This document shows, in pieces, positions 19,024 to 30,900 of a stretch of 55,006 nt of DNA; the first letter of the stretch is position 1, and the number at the start of each line of letters is the position of its first letter. Location of the stretch: NCBI GenBank assembly GCA_023245355.1, contig JAHFKN010000003.1, forward strand, positions 1 through 55,006, read 5' to 3'. The notes beneath the pieces were generated by a model, which had not been told where the DNA came from, ran no database searches, and worked only from the letters and a program-made list of their open reading frames with translations. The position numbers were made by a program, and so were the translations under genes. Origin of the DNA: Candidatus Gottesmanbacteria bacterium. GTDB taxonomy: Bacteria; Patescibacteriota; Microgenomatia; UBA10105; UBA927.

Positions 19024-20144
19024 ATATAGGATTGTATATTTCACCTGCTCATGCGGTTCCGCCGAAAGAAAACAGTATCCTGGCTCCGTGGATCCTTGTG
19101 CACCAGTTGGCAGAAGGGTTGGTGGCTGACGGGCATGACGTCACCCTGTTTGCCGCAAAGGGGAGTAAGACTAAAGCAAAGCTTGTTTCCGGCGGTATTG
19201 ATCCTGCGGTTGAAAAATTGCCGGAGTACGGCGATAAAGATGATTACCGTGCATATGTCGTGGCTCAGGAGCTGGCGCTGATGCGTGAAGTGATAGGGTG
19301 TGCGAAAGCCGGCAAACTGGATATCGTGCATATACACCAACCGGTGGAACGGTTGTACCCGGCGCTTCTGGCTATGCCGGCACATATCCCGGTCGTCATT
19401 ACGTTTCATGACCCTATTTCTCCTGCGCGGTTTGCCGCGTTGGAAAAGCTTATGGAGTTAGGAAATATTCATTTTGTGTCGTTATCCAAATCCCAACAAC
19501 ACGGCGTACCGTTTCCGTTTGCGGCAGTGGTGCCCAATGGCGTCGATACGAAGCAATTTATACCTGACAGGGCATTACCGCTTCATAAGCGGCCGTTACT
19601 TATGACCGGCAGGATTGTGCAACAAAAAGGGTTTGGTGATGCTATAGAAGCCGCCAAGCGGTCTGCCATGCGGCTTTTGATCATAGGCCAGGAATATCCG
19701 CATCAGAAAATAGCCCATGCGTATTTTGAGACAGAGGTGAAGCCGTATATAGACGGTAAACACGTGTTGTGGGAGTCAGTCGTAAAACACGAACATCTCG
19801 TAGGTCATTATCAAACTGCGGCAGCGTTACTGTTTCCCATCCAATGGGAAGAGCCGTTCGGGCTCGTCATGATAGAAGCGATGAGCTGCGGGACACCCGT
19901 TATAGCCTACAACCGCGGGTCAGTGCCGGAGATCGTCGTTGACGGGAAGACCGGTTTTATCGTGGATCCGGAAAAAGGGGTGGACGGATTGGCAGATGCG
20001 ATCAAACATATCGGAGATATTGACCGGAAGGTATGCAGAACGTATGTCGAGAAACACTTTTCGCTTGAAATAATGGTGAAAGGGTACGAAGCGGTATATA
20101 AAAAAATCCTCCATTCTTCCGGATCCGGAATGTCTTCAAAATAG
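19020..20144 (+). CDS. GT4 glycosyltransferase
   Basis: ATGA overlap with the previous gene; GHDVTLFA, WEEPFGLVMIEAMSCGTPVI, DGKTGF. Confidence 0.95.
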   Translation: MNIGLYISPAHAVPPKENSILAPWILVHQLAEGLVADGHDVTLFAAKGSKTKAKLVSGGIDPAVEKLPEYGDKDDYRAYVVAQELALMREVIGCAKAGKLDIVHIHQPVERLYPALLAMPAHIPVVITFHDPISPARFAALEKLMELGNIHFVSLSKSQQHGVPFPFAAVVPNGVDTKQFIPDRALPLHKRPLLMTGRIVQQKGFGDAIEAAKRSAMRLLIIGQEYPHQKIAHAYFETEVKPYIDGKHVLWESVVKHEHLVGHYQTAAALLFPIQWEEPFGLVMIEAMSCGTPVIAYNRGSVPEIVVDGKTGFIVDPEKGVDGLADAIKHIGDIDRKVCRTYVEKHFSLEIMVKGYEAVYKKILHSSGSGMSSK

Positions 20145-20183
20145 ATTACACACTCCCGGTTGCCTCCGTGCTATGATGATTTT

Positions 20184-21740
20184 ATGCCGGTATTATTAAA
20201 GAAGCATGGCTTCCATACGGCGGATTCCGCCAAAGAAGGAGCGCGCAGCGGATCAAAACACGCGATGCGTGTGTTATTTGTTACCAGTGAAATTGCGACA
20301 CTGTATAAGCGTGGAGGACTTGCCGATGTGAGTTACGCATTGCCTGTCGCACTGTCCCAATTGGGGGTGAATATATCCGTTGCCATGCCGTATTATGAGA
20401 GCGTCACAACCAAGGGTGTTACCTGCGTAGGACAGCTCGCTCTTGATTATGACCGACGGCGGGAACTCGTTTTTGTCTTCCGTGCGCTGCTTCCGCATTC
20501 GCATGTACGTGCGTATCTGTTCCGCCATCCGTTACTCAATAATTATGACGATCTCCATATCGCGGACCGGTTTGCATTTTTTTCCAAAGCCGTCGCACAG
20601 TTGTCGCTGTATTCAGAGGAAATGCTGGGAGGGCCGTACGATATTATCCACTGCAATGACTGGCATACGGCGCTTATCCCGCTTCTGATCGGCGAACAAA
20701 GTAAGGTAGGGTACCGGGAGCGGCCACGACCGCTATCGGCTGCGCCGAAGGCGCTGGCGGGCGGGGAAACTATCCAATCGAAGCGGGTAAAAACTATACT
20801 TACCGTACATAATTTGCTGTATCAGGGTGAGACAGGTTCATCGATCACACTCAAACTCGGATTTCCGAAACCGTTATTCCATCCGTTTATGACACCGCTT
20901 GGGCGGGCCGTACGGTTGCTCACCGAGGGATTTGAGTATGCAGATAAGGTCACAACGGTTTCTCCGACCTATGCCAAAGAGATTGCCGCAGGGAAGCACG
21001 GAAAACGCGTCGTAGAAGTATTCAGCCGCAGAAAAGACCGCATGATCGGTATATTAAACGGTTTGGACAGCAAACTGTGGGATCCCAGAAATGACCCTTC
21101 GCTGCCTGTCCATTACGATGCTTCGACGGTAGTTTCTGCTAAAAGAGTGATTAAAGCGCAGTTGCGGAAAGCGCTCAGGCTCCCGGAATCGGAAGCGCCG
21201 CTTTTCGGATTTGTCGGGAGGCTTGAAAGCAGGCAAAAGGGCCTGGATCTTATCGCGCGCGTGATAAAAAAGCTTGCGGGCGAAGCGTATCAACTGGTGC
21301 TTCTGGGTACCGGACAGAAGAAGCTGGTGGCTCTCTTTGAGCGCCTGGCGGCAGAGCATAAAAACGTCGTGTTTGTCCACACATTTGATGAACGGTTAGC
21401 TCGCAGGATATATGCCGGGAGTGATGTTATGCTTGTTCCTTCGAAATTTGAGCCGTGCGGTTTGACTCAGCTCATTGCCATGCGGTACGGGACATTACCG
21501 TTGGTACGGAAAACAGGCGGCCTTGCCGATACGGTGCACGACGGGAAAACCGGTTTTGTGTTTACGCCGTATACGAGTACCGCCCTTGCCGACAAGATGA
21601 AAGAGGCGATTGCCCTCTATCATGAGAAACCTGCCCGCTTTGAAGCGATGACGGCGCATGTGATGGGATTGGATTTTTCCTGGCAGCATCAGGTAAAAGA
21701 ATACCTCGCGTTATATCAAAGCCTGCTCAAATCTTCCTGA
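20184..21740 (+). CDS. glgA: Glycogen synthase (GT5)
   Basis: KRGGLADV, DIIHCNDWHT, TVHNLLYQG, TVSPTYAKEI, GILNGLD, RLESRQKGLD, PSKFEPCGLTQLIAMRYGT, TGGLADTV. Confidence 0.95.
   Translation: MPVLLKKHGFHTADSAKEGARSGSKHAMRVLFVTSEIATLYKRGGLADVSYALPVALSQLGVNISVAMPYYESVTTKGVTCVGQLALDYDRRRELVFVFRALLPHSHVRAYLFRHPLLNNYDDLHIADRFAFFSKAVAQLSLYSEEMLGGPYDIIHCNDWHTALIPLLIGEQSKVGYRERPRPLSAAPKALAGGETIQSKRVKTILTVHNLLYQGETGSSITLKLGFPKPLFHPFMTPLGRAVRLLTEGFEYADKVTTVSPTYAKEIAAGKHGKRVVEVFSRRKDRMIGILNGLDSKLWDPRNDPSLPVHYDASTVVSAKRVIKAQLRKALRLPESEAPLFGFVGRLESRQKGLDLIARVIKKLAGEAYQLVLLGTGQKKLVALFERLAAEHKNVVFVHTFDERLARRIYAGSDVMLVPSKFEPCGLTQLIAMRYGTLPLVRKTGGLADTVHDGKTGFVFTPYTSTALADKMKEAIALYHEKPARFEAMTAHVMGLDFSWQHQVKEYLALYQSLLKSS
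20730..20760. repeat. REP/RPE-like palindromic element inside glgA
   Basis: CCGCTA...GCGCC-GAA-GGCGC-TGGCGG hairpin, encoding an extra loop (PLSAAPKALAG) between the HCNDWH and TVHN motifs. Confidence 0.5.
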
Positions 21741-21819
21741 TTCTTACTACTTACTCCTGTGCGTTTACAAGTGTTTACAAGTAACTAATACTCCGATGCA
21801 GCCCGTTATGGCCGGGAAT

Positions 21820-22779
21820 TCAGGCAAGAGTATAGTAAACACTCCGTCCTTTGCCGCTTGAGGTAAGAAATCCATAGGAAACCAGCCGTGTCAGATCCCG
21901 GCTCGCAGTGATTTGCGAGATACGGAACCGTTTTTGCACTTCGCGGTTCGTGATTTTTGCACCGGGCATATCCAGCAGCATGCGTATCTGATTCTGGCGG
22001 GTATTGAGGACGCTGACGGAACCATTTCTGCGCTTTTTTTCCGTATCGGGTCCTTCGAAATTTCCAAGAAGCGTTTCATATGCACTGACAACGCTGTTTG
22101 TGTAGTATTCGAGCCAGACGGTCATCTGACCTAATTGCCGTATGCTGTGCAGCGCATGATCGTATGCGTTGGTGTCCCGGGTGAGTTCGGATTCCAGGCT
22201 CAGCATGCCGCGGCAATCATATCCGTGTCTGGTAAGAATGAGGCTGCTTATGAGAAATGTCATCCGCCCGTCTGAGTATTTGTGGAGGGGGGTGTGTGCT
22301 ATATATGCGTGCGTCAGACCAGCGGCAATGACAGGGTGATCCGGCTGTGTTTCTGTGTAGGCGATGAGGTGCTTAATATCGGCAGCACTTTCCCTGACAC
22401 ATCGGGAAATATGCCGGGACAGCATCGGAACAGCTATATGCATAAGTACTTCTATGGCTGATACGGTAAGAGGACGCGCTTGTCCCGTCCACTCGTCGCG
22501 GATGTACATAAGCGCCTGGCGATACAGAAGAGCCTGGTGCTCAATAGGGTGGGGACGTTTGGGGTTCCGGGTAAACAGTCCGGTGAGTTCCTGCATGGTC
22601 ATAGGAAGATTGGCCTGATGTAACGCCGCGAGGATACGCAGACATGTTGCTTCGTGCCGGAGTTCAATTTCTTTCCGGGGCAAGAGGGGTATGCTGAGGG
22701 CACGATTCCTGTATTGGTCAATACGTTTTGTATTGTGCTGGAGTAACGGTGAATAGGTGTATGCAATGGTTGCAGTCAT
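21820..22779 (-). CDS. Fic-like protein with degenerate Fic motif and C-terminal winged HTH
   Basis: HPVIAAGLTHAYIAHTPLHKYSDGRMT occupies the position of HPFxDGNGRxxR; C-terminal ITNREVQKRFRISQITASRDLTRLV...GKGRSVYY is a wHTH. Confidence 0.8.
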   Translation of the reverse strand: MTATIAYTYSPLLQHNTKRIDQYRNRALSIPLLPRKEIELRHEATCLRILAALHQANLPMTMQELTGLFTRNPKRPHPIEHQALLYRQALMYIRDEWTGQARPLTVSAIEVLMHIAVPMLSRHISRCVRESAADIKHLIAYTETQPDHPVIAAGLTHAYIAHTPLHKYSDGRMTFLISSLILTRHGYDCRGMLSLESELTRDTNAYDHALHSIRQLGQMTVWLEYYTNSVVSAYETLLGNFEGPDTEKKRRNGSVSVLNTRQNQIRMLLDMPGAKITNREVQKRFRISQITASRDLTRLVSYGFLTSSGKGRSVYYTLA

Positions 22780-22916
22780 GCCGGTATGTGAAAATATCCC
22801 GGTGATCGTACCATGGAGCTGAGAAAAAATCAAAACGCTTTATAGGCTGTTCATACGGGAAAAGTGCGTTTATGTGATAAGAGAACGATAAGATTATGAT
22901 CCGGTTCGTATGGTAC

Positions 22917-22946
22917 TTGACAACATGTGAAATTCTGACGTACAGT
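22917..22946 (+). promoter_or_regulatory. Sigma70-like promoter of the HTH-dCache/collagen operon
   Basis: TTGACA-18nt-TACAGT. Confidence 0.6.
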
Positions 22947-23062
22947 GGATAGAGAGAGATTCCCTATTAGTAATAACTGTGAAACTCATTGGGAAGCACT
23001 TGTAAAAACCTGCGTATTTTACGCGTCATAACGGGCTAAAGGGTTTGGGAGCCTGCCTAGCT

Positions 23063-24994
23063 ATGCCCAAAACATACACCGTTAAGGAAATTGCCGATAT
23101 ATTAGGGTTCAGCACGAACAGTATCTACACGTTCCTCAAAGAGAAGCGGATTAAAGGCGTACGCATCGGCAAAGGCAGATTCAGAATCCCTGAAGAAGAA
23201 TTATCGCGCATCCTGCATCTTTCTAAAAAACCGGTACGGGATGATACTCTACTTCACGTGTCCGATATTCTCTCTCCGTCTTTGATGTCTGCAGCAGGCG
23301 ATGCCGCGGTGTTTGTTCAGCGTGATCCCGGTTCTTCCCGTCATCAGAATGATACCGTTCTTATACCGAATCTGTTTGATTGGTTCGTCGGGTTAGCAGC
23401 GATTATTACCGGGGTCGCGCTGTTTATATTTAATGCGTCCATAAGCTCACCGAGTCTTTCAAGATTCACTGCATTGTTTCCGTTTATCAGGGTGGTGCTG
23501 ATTGCGGCAGGGTTGGGTGTTATCGTAAGCGGTTCATTGGTCCGTAACAGGATATGGCACGGAGTATTTTTACTCTCGTTATCACTGATGGGGTTTGCAA
23601 ACGTATTCGGGCTCGCACGCACGGGAGATATAGAAGGTGCGCTTATTTACGCAGGTATGGCGCTTGTGACCGGAATAGCCGTCGTCGTGCCGCTCGGGGG
23701 AGTCGTTTCTGTTCTCATCTACGCGACGCTTTTGGCTGTGTTTATCCCGGTAACTATGGTGTTTTTCCCATACGAAGAGCATTTACAGGCAGCTTCCGTA
23801 TTTTTTGGTATGCCGGTATTGACTATGGGCATGATTGCTTCCCTTGCTGCAGCCATCGTGATTTCAGGATTCTGGATAGGATACGCAAAGCACCGGGCAG
23901 CATTTATTGTATCAACTGCTTTTGCCGCAGCGTGTGATCTGGCATTAGCCATATGGTATGCCAATATGCAGTACTGGAGCAGGTCGTTTTTTATGGTCGT
24001 TGTCGGTTTTTTTACCGGATTGTTACCGTACTGGTGGCTGTTGCAGCAGCACGCCCTCCGGCGGCACAAAATTGTATTACACGGGATATTTGTTGCTATC
24101 GGCGGGATACTGCTGGTTACCATCCTTGTTATAAGTTTGCTGCAGCAAAATGTATGGAACTCCAAACAAATAGAATTTTTGAATAAAATTAAAATTGCCC
24201 AAAATGAACTTCAAAATGCCACGATGTCAGTGCAAAGTTCCATAACGGTGGCTTCGATGAACGCTGAGTTTGTCGATACGGTGGTGAAACAGGATTTGCC
24301 CCGGCTGACGGCCAACGCAAAGATTATATATGAAAGCAATCCTGATATACGCCGCCTCGTTTTTTTGGATAAAGACGGCACGGGCGTAGCCCTTTATCCG
24401 TACGGGACATTTGATGAACCGAATTTCGCGTACCGTGATTATTTCCAGAAGCCAAAGGCGACCGGCAAGCCGTACGTGTCCGATGTGTTTAAATCTCTGG
24501 TGGATCACGCGGGAAGATATGTCGCCGTCGTGTCCGTTCCGCTTCACGATAAGAAAGGGAATTTTGTCGGTGTTATTGCTGCATCTTTGGCGCTCGACAG
24601 ATTAGGCATGCACCTGGCGCAAATTGCGGCAGACAAGCAGGGAGAGTATTTTGTCGTAGTTGATGCAAAAGGGAAAATTCTGACGCATCCGGACGAAAAA
24701 TTAGTCGGTACACAGATACCGGTAACCGATCTTCTTGTCAAAGGGATAAACGGGGAAATGGGCGTGCAGCAAAGTACGTTTATCGACGGCTCGTACGGCA
24801 TGGTTGCCTATGCGAATGTCCCGGCGCTCCGTTGGGGGATTAGTCTGAGGGCTGTATCAAGTAATGTTTTTGAGCTTACAGCCATGACGATAACGGCGAT
24901 ATTCGGCGTAGTAACCGTTATCATGCTTTCCGCAATTGCGGTTATTGGCGTTGTATGTGGCCGGACCAGATTCGAAAAAGAAAGCGGACCATAA
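23063..24994 (+). CDS. Membrane-integral sensor/regulator: HTH_17 (excisionase-like) + ~10 TM + dCache + terminal TM
   Basis: N-terminal [43 protein letters not shown]; long hydrophobic block; dCache motifs YRDYFQK...PYVSDVF...VSVP...GVIAA, YFVVVD.KG.ILTHPD, WGI. Confidence 0.85.
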   Translation: MPKTYTVKEIADILGFSTNSIYTFLKEKRIKGVRIGKGRFRIPEEELSRILHLSKKPVRDDTLLHVSDILSPSLMSAAGDAAVFVQRDPGSSRHQNDTVLIPNLFDWFVGLAAIITGVALFIFNASISSPSLSRFTALFPFIRVVLIAAGLGVIVSGSLVRNRIWHGVFLLSLSLMGFANVFGLARTGDIEGALIYAGMALVTGIAVVVPLGGVVSVLIYATLLAVFIPVTMVFFPYEEHLQAASVFFGMPVLTMGMIASLAAAIVISGFWIGYAKHRAAFIVSTAFAAACDLALAIWYANMQYWSRSFFMVVVGFFTGLLPYWWLLQQHALRRHKIVLHGIFVAIGGILLVTILVISLLQQNVWNSKQIEFLNKIKIAQNELQNATMSVQSSITVASMNAEFVDTVVKQDLPRLTANAKIIYESNPDIRRLVFLDKDGTGVALYPYGTFDEPNFAYRDYFQKPKATGKPYVSDVFKSLVDHAGRYVAVVSVPLHDKKGNFVGVIAASLALDRLGMHLAQIAADKQGEYFVVVDAKGKILTHPDEKLVGTQIPVTDLLVKGINGEMGVQQSTFIDGSYGMVAYANVPALRWGISLRAVSSNVFELTAMTITAIFGVVTVIMLSAIAVIGVVCGRTRFEKESGP

Positions 24995-27900
24995 TGACGC
25001 CAACACAAAAACAAAAACTGATTCGGCTGAAATCCGCGCACGGCGGATTTCTGGCTGAAATGGGTTTTCCCCGACCTGGCGGGCCGGTTTCGTTTTGGGG
25101 GACACAGTTGATCCTGCCGGTGTTATTTTTTATCGTTTTTGGAGGAACCGCATGGGGGATAGTAACCGTCATACAGCAGAAGAATCTTCCGCAACCACAA
25201 GTCCGTGTAGCAGAGTCGGGCGCCGGTCCTACAATTCATGCGTTGACTCCGGCTGTCGTACGGGAAAGTAAATGGGCACGGCCGTTTGTGGTATTGGTTC
25301 AGCGGGCGGACGGATCGTTTGCCTACGCGTATGTAGAAAATGCGCTGGTCGCAAATGGTGCCTATGTGGGAGACATCACTGTACGGTATACCAACGGAGA
25401 GCACGGAATAGTCCGCTCCGAAAACGGCATATTCAGATTTTTTCTTACCAAACGGGGGCTTTCCGAGTCTGTCCGGATCATAGAGCCTGTTATCAGCGGG
25501 ATAACATTGCCTGATCATAGTATATTGTTGGCTAAATTTACCGACGGACGGATCATCGGTGAACAATTGACCGGACAGTTTACCGCGGTGACGGTATCTG
25601 AAAATCTGCAGATATCCGGCAACCTTTCGGCTGACGGTGAATTTATTTCGCTTACGCTGGAGCCGACGCTAAAATCTCTGGATACCGGAATGGCCATGAT
25701 TCAGCGGGAGGTACTGAAAATGGCGTTAGCAGGGACTGGTGATTCCAGCAGTGTCCTCGGTATTACGACAGATACGGCTGAAAATGTGAATATACCGATT
25801 TTGTCTTCAAATATAAGCTCAAACATGATAATCCAGCGGTTTGATGGAGAGGGAGTGATACGTATTGTTACAAGAAGTAACAATATAGATCAATCTATTA
25901 CAAACACGCAAAATCTGAATCTATCATCTGATTCAAATACGAATAATCAGTCTTCTCAGCTTGCGCTTAATCAGGGATTTTATCCCTCATCGGGCGGATC
26001 TGCAGGTGTTGCGGGGGCAACAGGCGCGACGGGAGCGCAAGGTATAAAAGGTGATTCCGGTGCAAACGGTTCTCAGGGTTCCAACGGAACAAATGGTCCG
26101 ACGGGGGCGAGCGGTGTAGGAGAATTAGGGCCGATCGGTCCGACAGGGGCTACCGGTACAGGGGGAAGCGGAAGCGGCGATCCCGGCGCAGATGGACCTA
26201 CCGGTTCAACAGGGGCTACCGGAATCACTGGTGTTACCGGAGTGTCAGGTCCGACAGGTGCTACAGGATCTACCGGCAACGCGGGTGCAGCCGGTCCGAC
26301 TGGAAATACAGGATCTACCGGAGGTGCAGGACCAACAGGATCGACAGGAGCAACGGGAACGGCGGGAGTCACCGGTCCGACGGGTTCTACCGGATCAACC
26401 GGTGTAGGAGGTGCAGCAGGACCTACAGGAGCAAGCGGAGCGACAGGTGTTGCAGGGGCCACCGGTCCGACGGGTTCTACCGGGGCAACTGGTATAGCAG
26501 GAGTCTCCGGTCCGACCGGTTCTACAGGGTCAACCGGTGCAATAGGCCCGACAGGCTCCACGGGATTAACAGGAATCAGCGGAGAAACCGGTCCGACGGG
26601 AGCAAGCGGTTCCACCGGTACACAGGGCGCAGTCGGTTTTTCAGGACCTACCGGTTCGACAGGTGCGACTGGTTCTGCGGGTGCCAATGGTCCGACGGGA
26701 GCGAGCGGTTCCACCGGTTCTCAAGGTGCTGCCGGACCGACAGGCTCTACAGGATCAACCGGAACTGCGGGTGCCAATGGTCCGACGGGAGCGAGCGGTT
26801 CCACCGGTTCTCAAGGTGTTGCCGGTCCTACCGGGAGTACGGGAGCAACAGGATCTGCAGGAGTAAGCGGACCTACAGGAAGTACAGGTTCTACAGGAGT
26901 CGCGGGAACAGCCGGTCCGACAGGATCGACAGGAACAACGGGTACGCAAGGTGCATCCGGTCCCACGGGAAGCACCGGATCGACCGGTAATCAAGGCAGT
27001 GTTGGTGTAAGTGGTCCCACGGGAAGCACCGGAGCTACTGGTGGTGTTGGCGTATCCGGGCCAACTGGTTCTACGGGGTCGACAGGAACAGTTGGTTCAA
27101 GCGGTCCGACCGGTTCTACAGGAACTACCGGACAAGGAGGGCCGACCGGAGCTACAGGCCCGACCGGTTCACAAGGCGGAGCAGCCGGAGCTTCAGGTCC
27201 CACAGGAACTACAGGCGCAACCGGTTTACAAGGCGCAAGCGGTCCGACCGGAGCTACAGGCCCGACGGGTGAAATCGGTGTGAGTGGTCCGACAGGATCC
27301 ACCGGTGCAACGGGGAGCGCCGGCTCTTCAGGCCCGACCGGTTCTACCGGATCCACAGGATCTATCGGAGTATCAGGCCCGACTGGTGCAAGTGGCGCAA
27401 CAGGAGCTGCCGGTGCTTCTGGTCCGACGGGAGCAAGCGGTGCAACCGGAACTGCCGGAAGTGCAGGCCCGACTGGTAGCACAGGCGCCACTGGTAATAT
27501 AGGTAGCTCAGGTCCTACCGGCAGCACTGGCGCTACCGGATCTGCCGGTACATCCGGCCCAACAGGTTCGACAGGATCTACAGGTTCTGCAGGTTCATCC
27601 GGTCCGACGGGATCTACCGGGGCAACGGGAAGTGTCGGAAGTTCCGGTCCGACAGGTTCTACCGGCTCCACCGGAAATCAAGGAAGTGTCGGAAGTTCCG
27701 GTCCGACGGGATCGACAGGTGCAACAGGAACTGTTGGTGAAAGCGGGCCAACAGGAAGCACCGGATCAGCCGGCACTGTCGGGAGTTCCGGACCCACTGG
27801 TTCAACAGGTGCTACCGGAGGGATTGGTGCTTCAGGTCCTACGGGAGCAACCGGATCAACAGGAACACAGGGTTCGGCAGGAATTGACGGCGCAGATGGC

Positions 27901-30900
27901 CCAACAGGTTCTACGGGAGCAACCGGAGGTATTGGCGCGAGTGGTCCCACAGGTTCAACAGGATCTACTGGCGCACAAGGATCTTTGGGTCCAACAGGTG
28001 CTACTGGTACAACGGGATCTCAAGGTTTACAAGGTTCTTCAGGCCCGACCGGATCTACGGGAGCAACCGGTGTTGCGGGAGTAACCGGGCCTACCGGGAG
28101 TACGGGTGCAACAGGAACACAAGGCTCTTCAGGCCCGACCGGTTCTACTGGTTCAACGGGAAGCATTGGTTTATCCGGTCCGACGGGAGCGAGCGGCTCC
28201 ACCGGTTCCGCAGGTCAGGCGGGAAGTTCCGGTCCTACCGGAAGTACGGGTCCGACCGGGGCTAGCGGAGTAAGCGGGCCAACCGGAAGTACAGGTGTCA
28301 CTGGTTCCGCCGGTGCTGCTGGTCCGACAGGTGCAAGTGGCGCCACGGGGACTGCCGGAGGTGCAGGCGTATCTGGTCCTACAGGTTCAACAGGTGCCAC
28401 AGGAAATGCCGGTGCAGCTGGTCCAACCGGAGCAAGCGGAGCCACAGGATCTGTTGGAGTATCAGGTCCCACGGGTTCAACAGGTGCCACTGGTTCTGCA
28501 GGTGCGAACGGTCCGACAGGTGCAAGCGGATCAACAGGAGCTCAGGGAAGTGCAGGCCCTACCGGTTCAACAGGAGCTACAGGAACTGCGGGAGCCGCCG
28601 GCCCGACAGGGTCTACCGGATCCACAGGAAATGCAGGAACAGCAGGCGTCAGTGGCCCAACGGGATCGACAGGTGCAACAGGAACTGTTGGTGAAAGCGG
28701 GCCAACAGGAAGCACCGGATCAGCCGGCACTGTCGGGAGTTCCGGACCTACGGGTTCAACCGGGTCCACCGGTACACAAGGTGTAAGTGGTCCGACCGGT
28801 TCAACAGGATCTACCGGAGGCATTGGTGTATCAGGTCCAACAGGTGCTACTGGTACAACGGGATCTCAGGGTTCACAAGGTTCTTCAGGCCCGACCGGAT
28901 CTACGGGATCTACAGGAAGCGCAGGAGCTGCCGGTGCTTCTGGTCCGACGGGAGCAAGCGGAGCGACGGGAACTGCCGGAAGTGCAGGTCCGACTGGTAG
29001 CACAGGTGCCACTGGTTCTGCAGGTGTTGCTGGCCCAACTGGCCCAACTGGTTCAACCGGTTCTACTGGTTCTGCTGGTCCGACGGGAGCAAGCGGAGCG
29101 ACGGGAACTGCCGGAAGCGCAGGTGTATCTGGTCCTACAGGCTCAACCGGCGCCACCGGTTTACAAGGTACAAGTGGTCCGACCGGTTCTACCGGATCCA
29201 CAGGATCTATCGGAGTATCAGGTCCGACAGGTGCAAGCGGTGCAACAGGAGCTGCCGGTGCTTCTGGTCCGACGGGAGCAAGCGGAGCCACAGGAACTGC
29301 CGGAAGTGCAGGTGTATCTGGTCCTACAGGCTCAACCGGTGCTACAGGAACTGCAGGAGCCGCCGGTCCAACGGGAGCAAGCGGAGCGACGGGAACTGCC
29401 GGAACCGCAGGTGTATCTGGTCCTACCGGTTCAACAGGAGCCACAGGAACTGCGGGAGCCGCCGGCCCGACAGGGTCTACCGGATCCACAGGAACTGCCG
29501 GAACCGCAGGTGTCAGTGGCCCAACGGGATCGACAGGTTCTACGGGATCCGCAGGTGCTGCAGGTCCGACAGGATCGACAGGAACAACAGGATCAAATGG
29601 TCCGACAGGGGCTACCGGAAGTACGGGATCCGTCGGAGCGATACCGGATAATTCTCTTGATGTGAGTAAATGGTCAGCAACCAGCGCGCTCAACATCAGT
29701 AAAGCAATTACATTCGGCGGGGCCGCATTAGGATTGACGTTCACCAATGACGGTTCAGGCAATTTTCTTGTCAATACATCGAGTACCGGAGATTTCCTTG
29801 TTCAGGACAATGGCGTCAATGCAATACAGGTTGACGGGAACGGCGGTGCGATCAATATCGGAGCAGCCGGTTTGGTAACGATAGATGCGGGTAGTGCCGG
29901 AGTGAACGTCGGCACGAGCGCCAATGCACAGACAGTTACTGTCGGTAACGTGACCGGAGCAACTGCCGTAAATATCAATACCGGTACGGGTGGCATAAAC
30001 TTCGGTGATAACGCAAACACGAAAACGATCGATATCGGAGGCGTAACCAACTCCGGAACGGATACGATAAATATCGCGACCCAGGGAACTGCCGCAGATG
30101 TTGTTACCATCGGAAACTCCAATGCATCAACGACCGTTGCCATCACCGGAGGAAGTGCGTGGTCCATAACAGCTGCAGGCGTACTGACGGTTGCATCCTG
30201 TACGGGCTGCGGCGGAGGGGGAGCGCCGGATACTGCAAGTTTTGTCGATACGTCACCCGCCGCAATGGCAGATAACGACACGACAGAACTGTTTAATGAT
30301 GCGACGAAACCAAACATTACGACGGATTCTACGTCAGCCACGGTATTGGTTTCCGTTGTCGTGACTGACGCATCAGCCACGAGTACCGACGATGAATTCG
30401 ATGCAATACGGATCGTGCGGGAAGTAAACGGTACTGACCCGTCGTGTTCCGCAGATCCCCAGGTGGGCTCTATCATGCAAGGAGGATTTGTCACCGCTGC
30501 GACTCACCCATGGAGCGCATCAGGAACATTTCTTGACAGTCCTGCTACCGCGGGTGTCATAAAATATACGGTCTGTACCAGTGCGCAGTCCGTAGGCACC
30601 GTTGATAATACTCCCACCAGTGTTGAGGTAACGTTGGTTGAACTGGGAGCCGACTTGGCAGAAAATTATTACACATCTGACGATTCAATCGGCCCGGGAG
30701 ATGTTGTCGTTATAGATCCGTCATTGCCTGCCGGAGTGAAGAAAGCCAGTACCCCGTATGATGCAAAAGCATTAGGCGTCGTTTCGACCGTTCCGGGAAT
30801 TACCTTAGATGATGCAATCGGCTTAGGATACGGTAGACCTGTTCCTGTGGCTCTGGCAGGAAGAATTCCGGTGAAAGTTTCAACAGAAAACGGCAGAGTC

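Noticed and set aside
13707-20144. GT4 cluster as a novel system
   Set aside because: Multiple GT4 paralogues near glgA are ordinary in such genomes, and substrates cannot be inferred from sequence.
21763-21782. 10-bp tandem repeat GTTTACAAGT x2
   Set aside because: Only two copies, between convergent genes; no support for a function.
25996-29643. CRISPR array or tandem non-coding repeat
   Set aside because: The periodicity is 9-nt codon-based inside an open frame; there is no repeat-spacer structure and no cas genes.
26073-29774. Pro/Val-rich antisense ORFs and Gln/Val-rich frameshifted ORFs in the track
   Set aside because: These are shadows of the Gly-X-Y codons.
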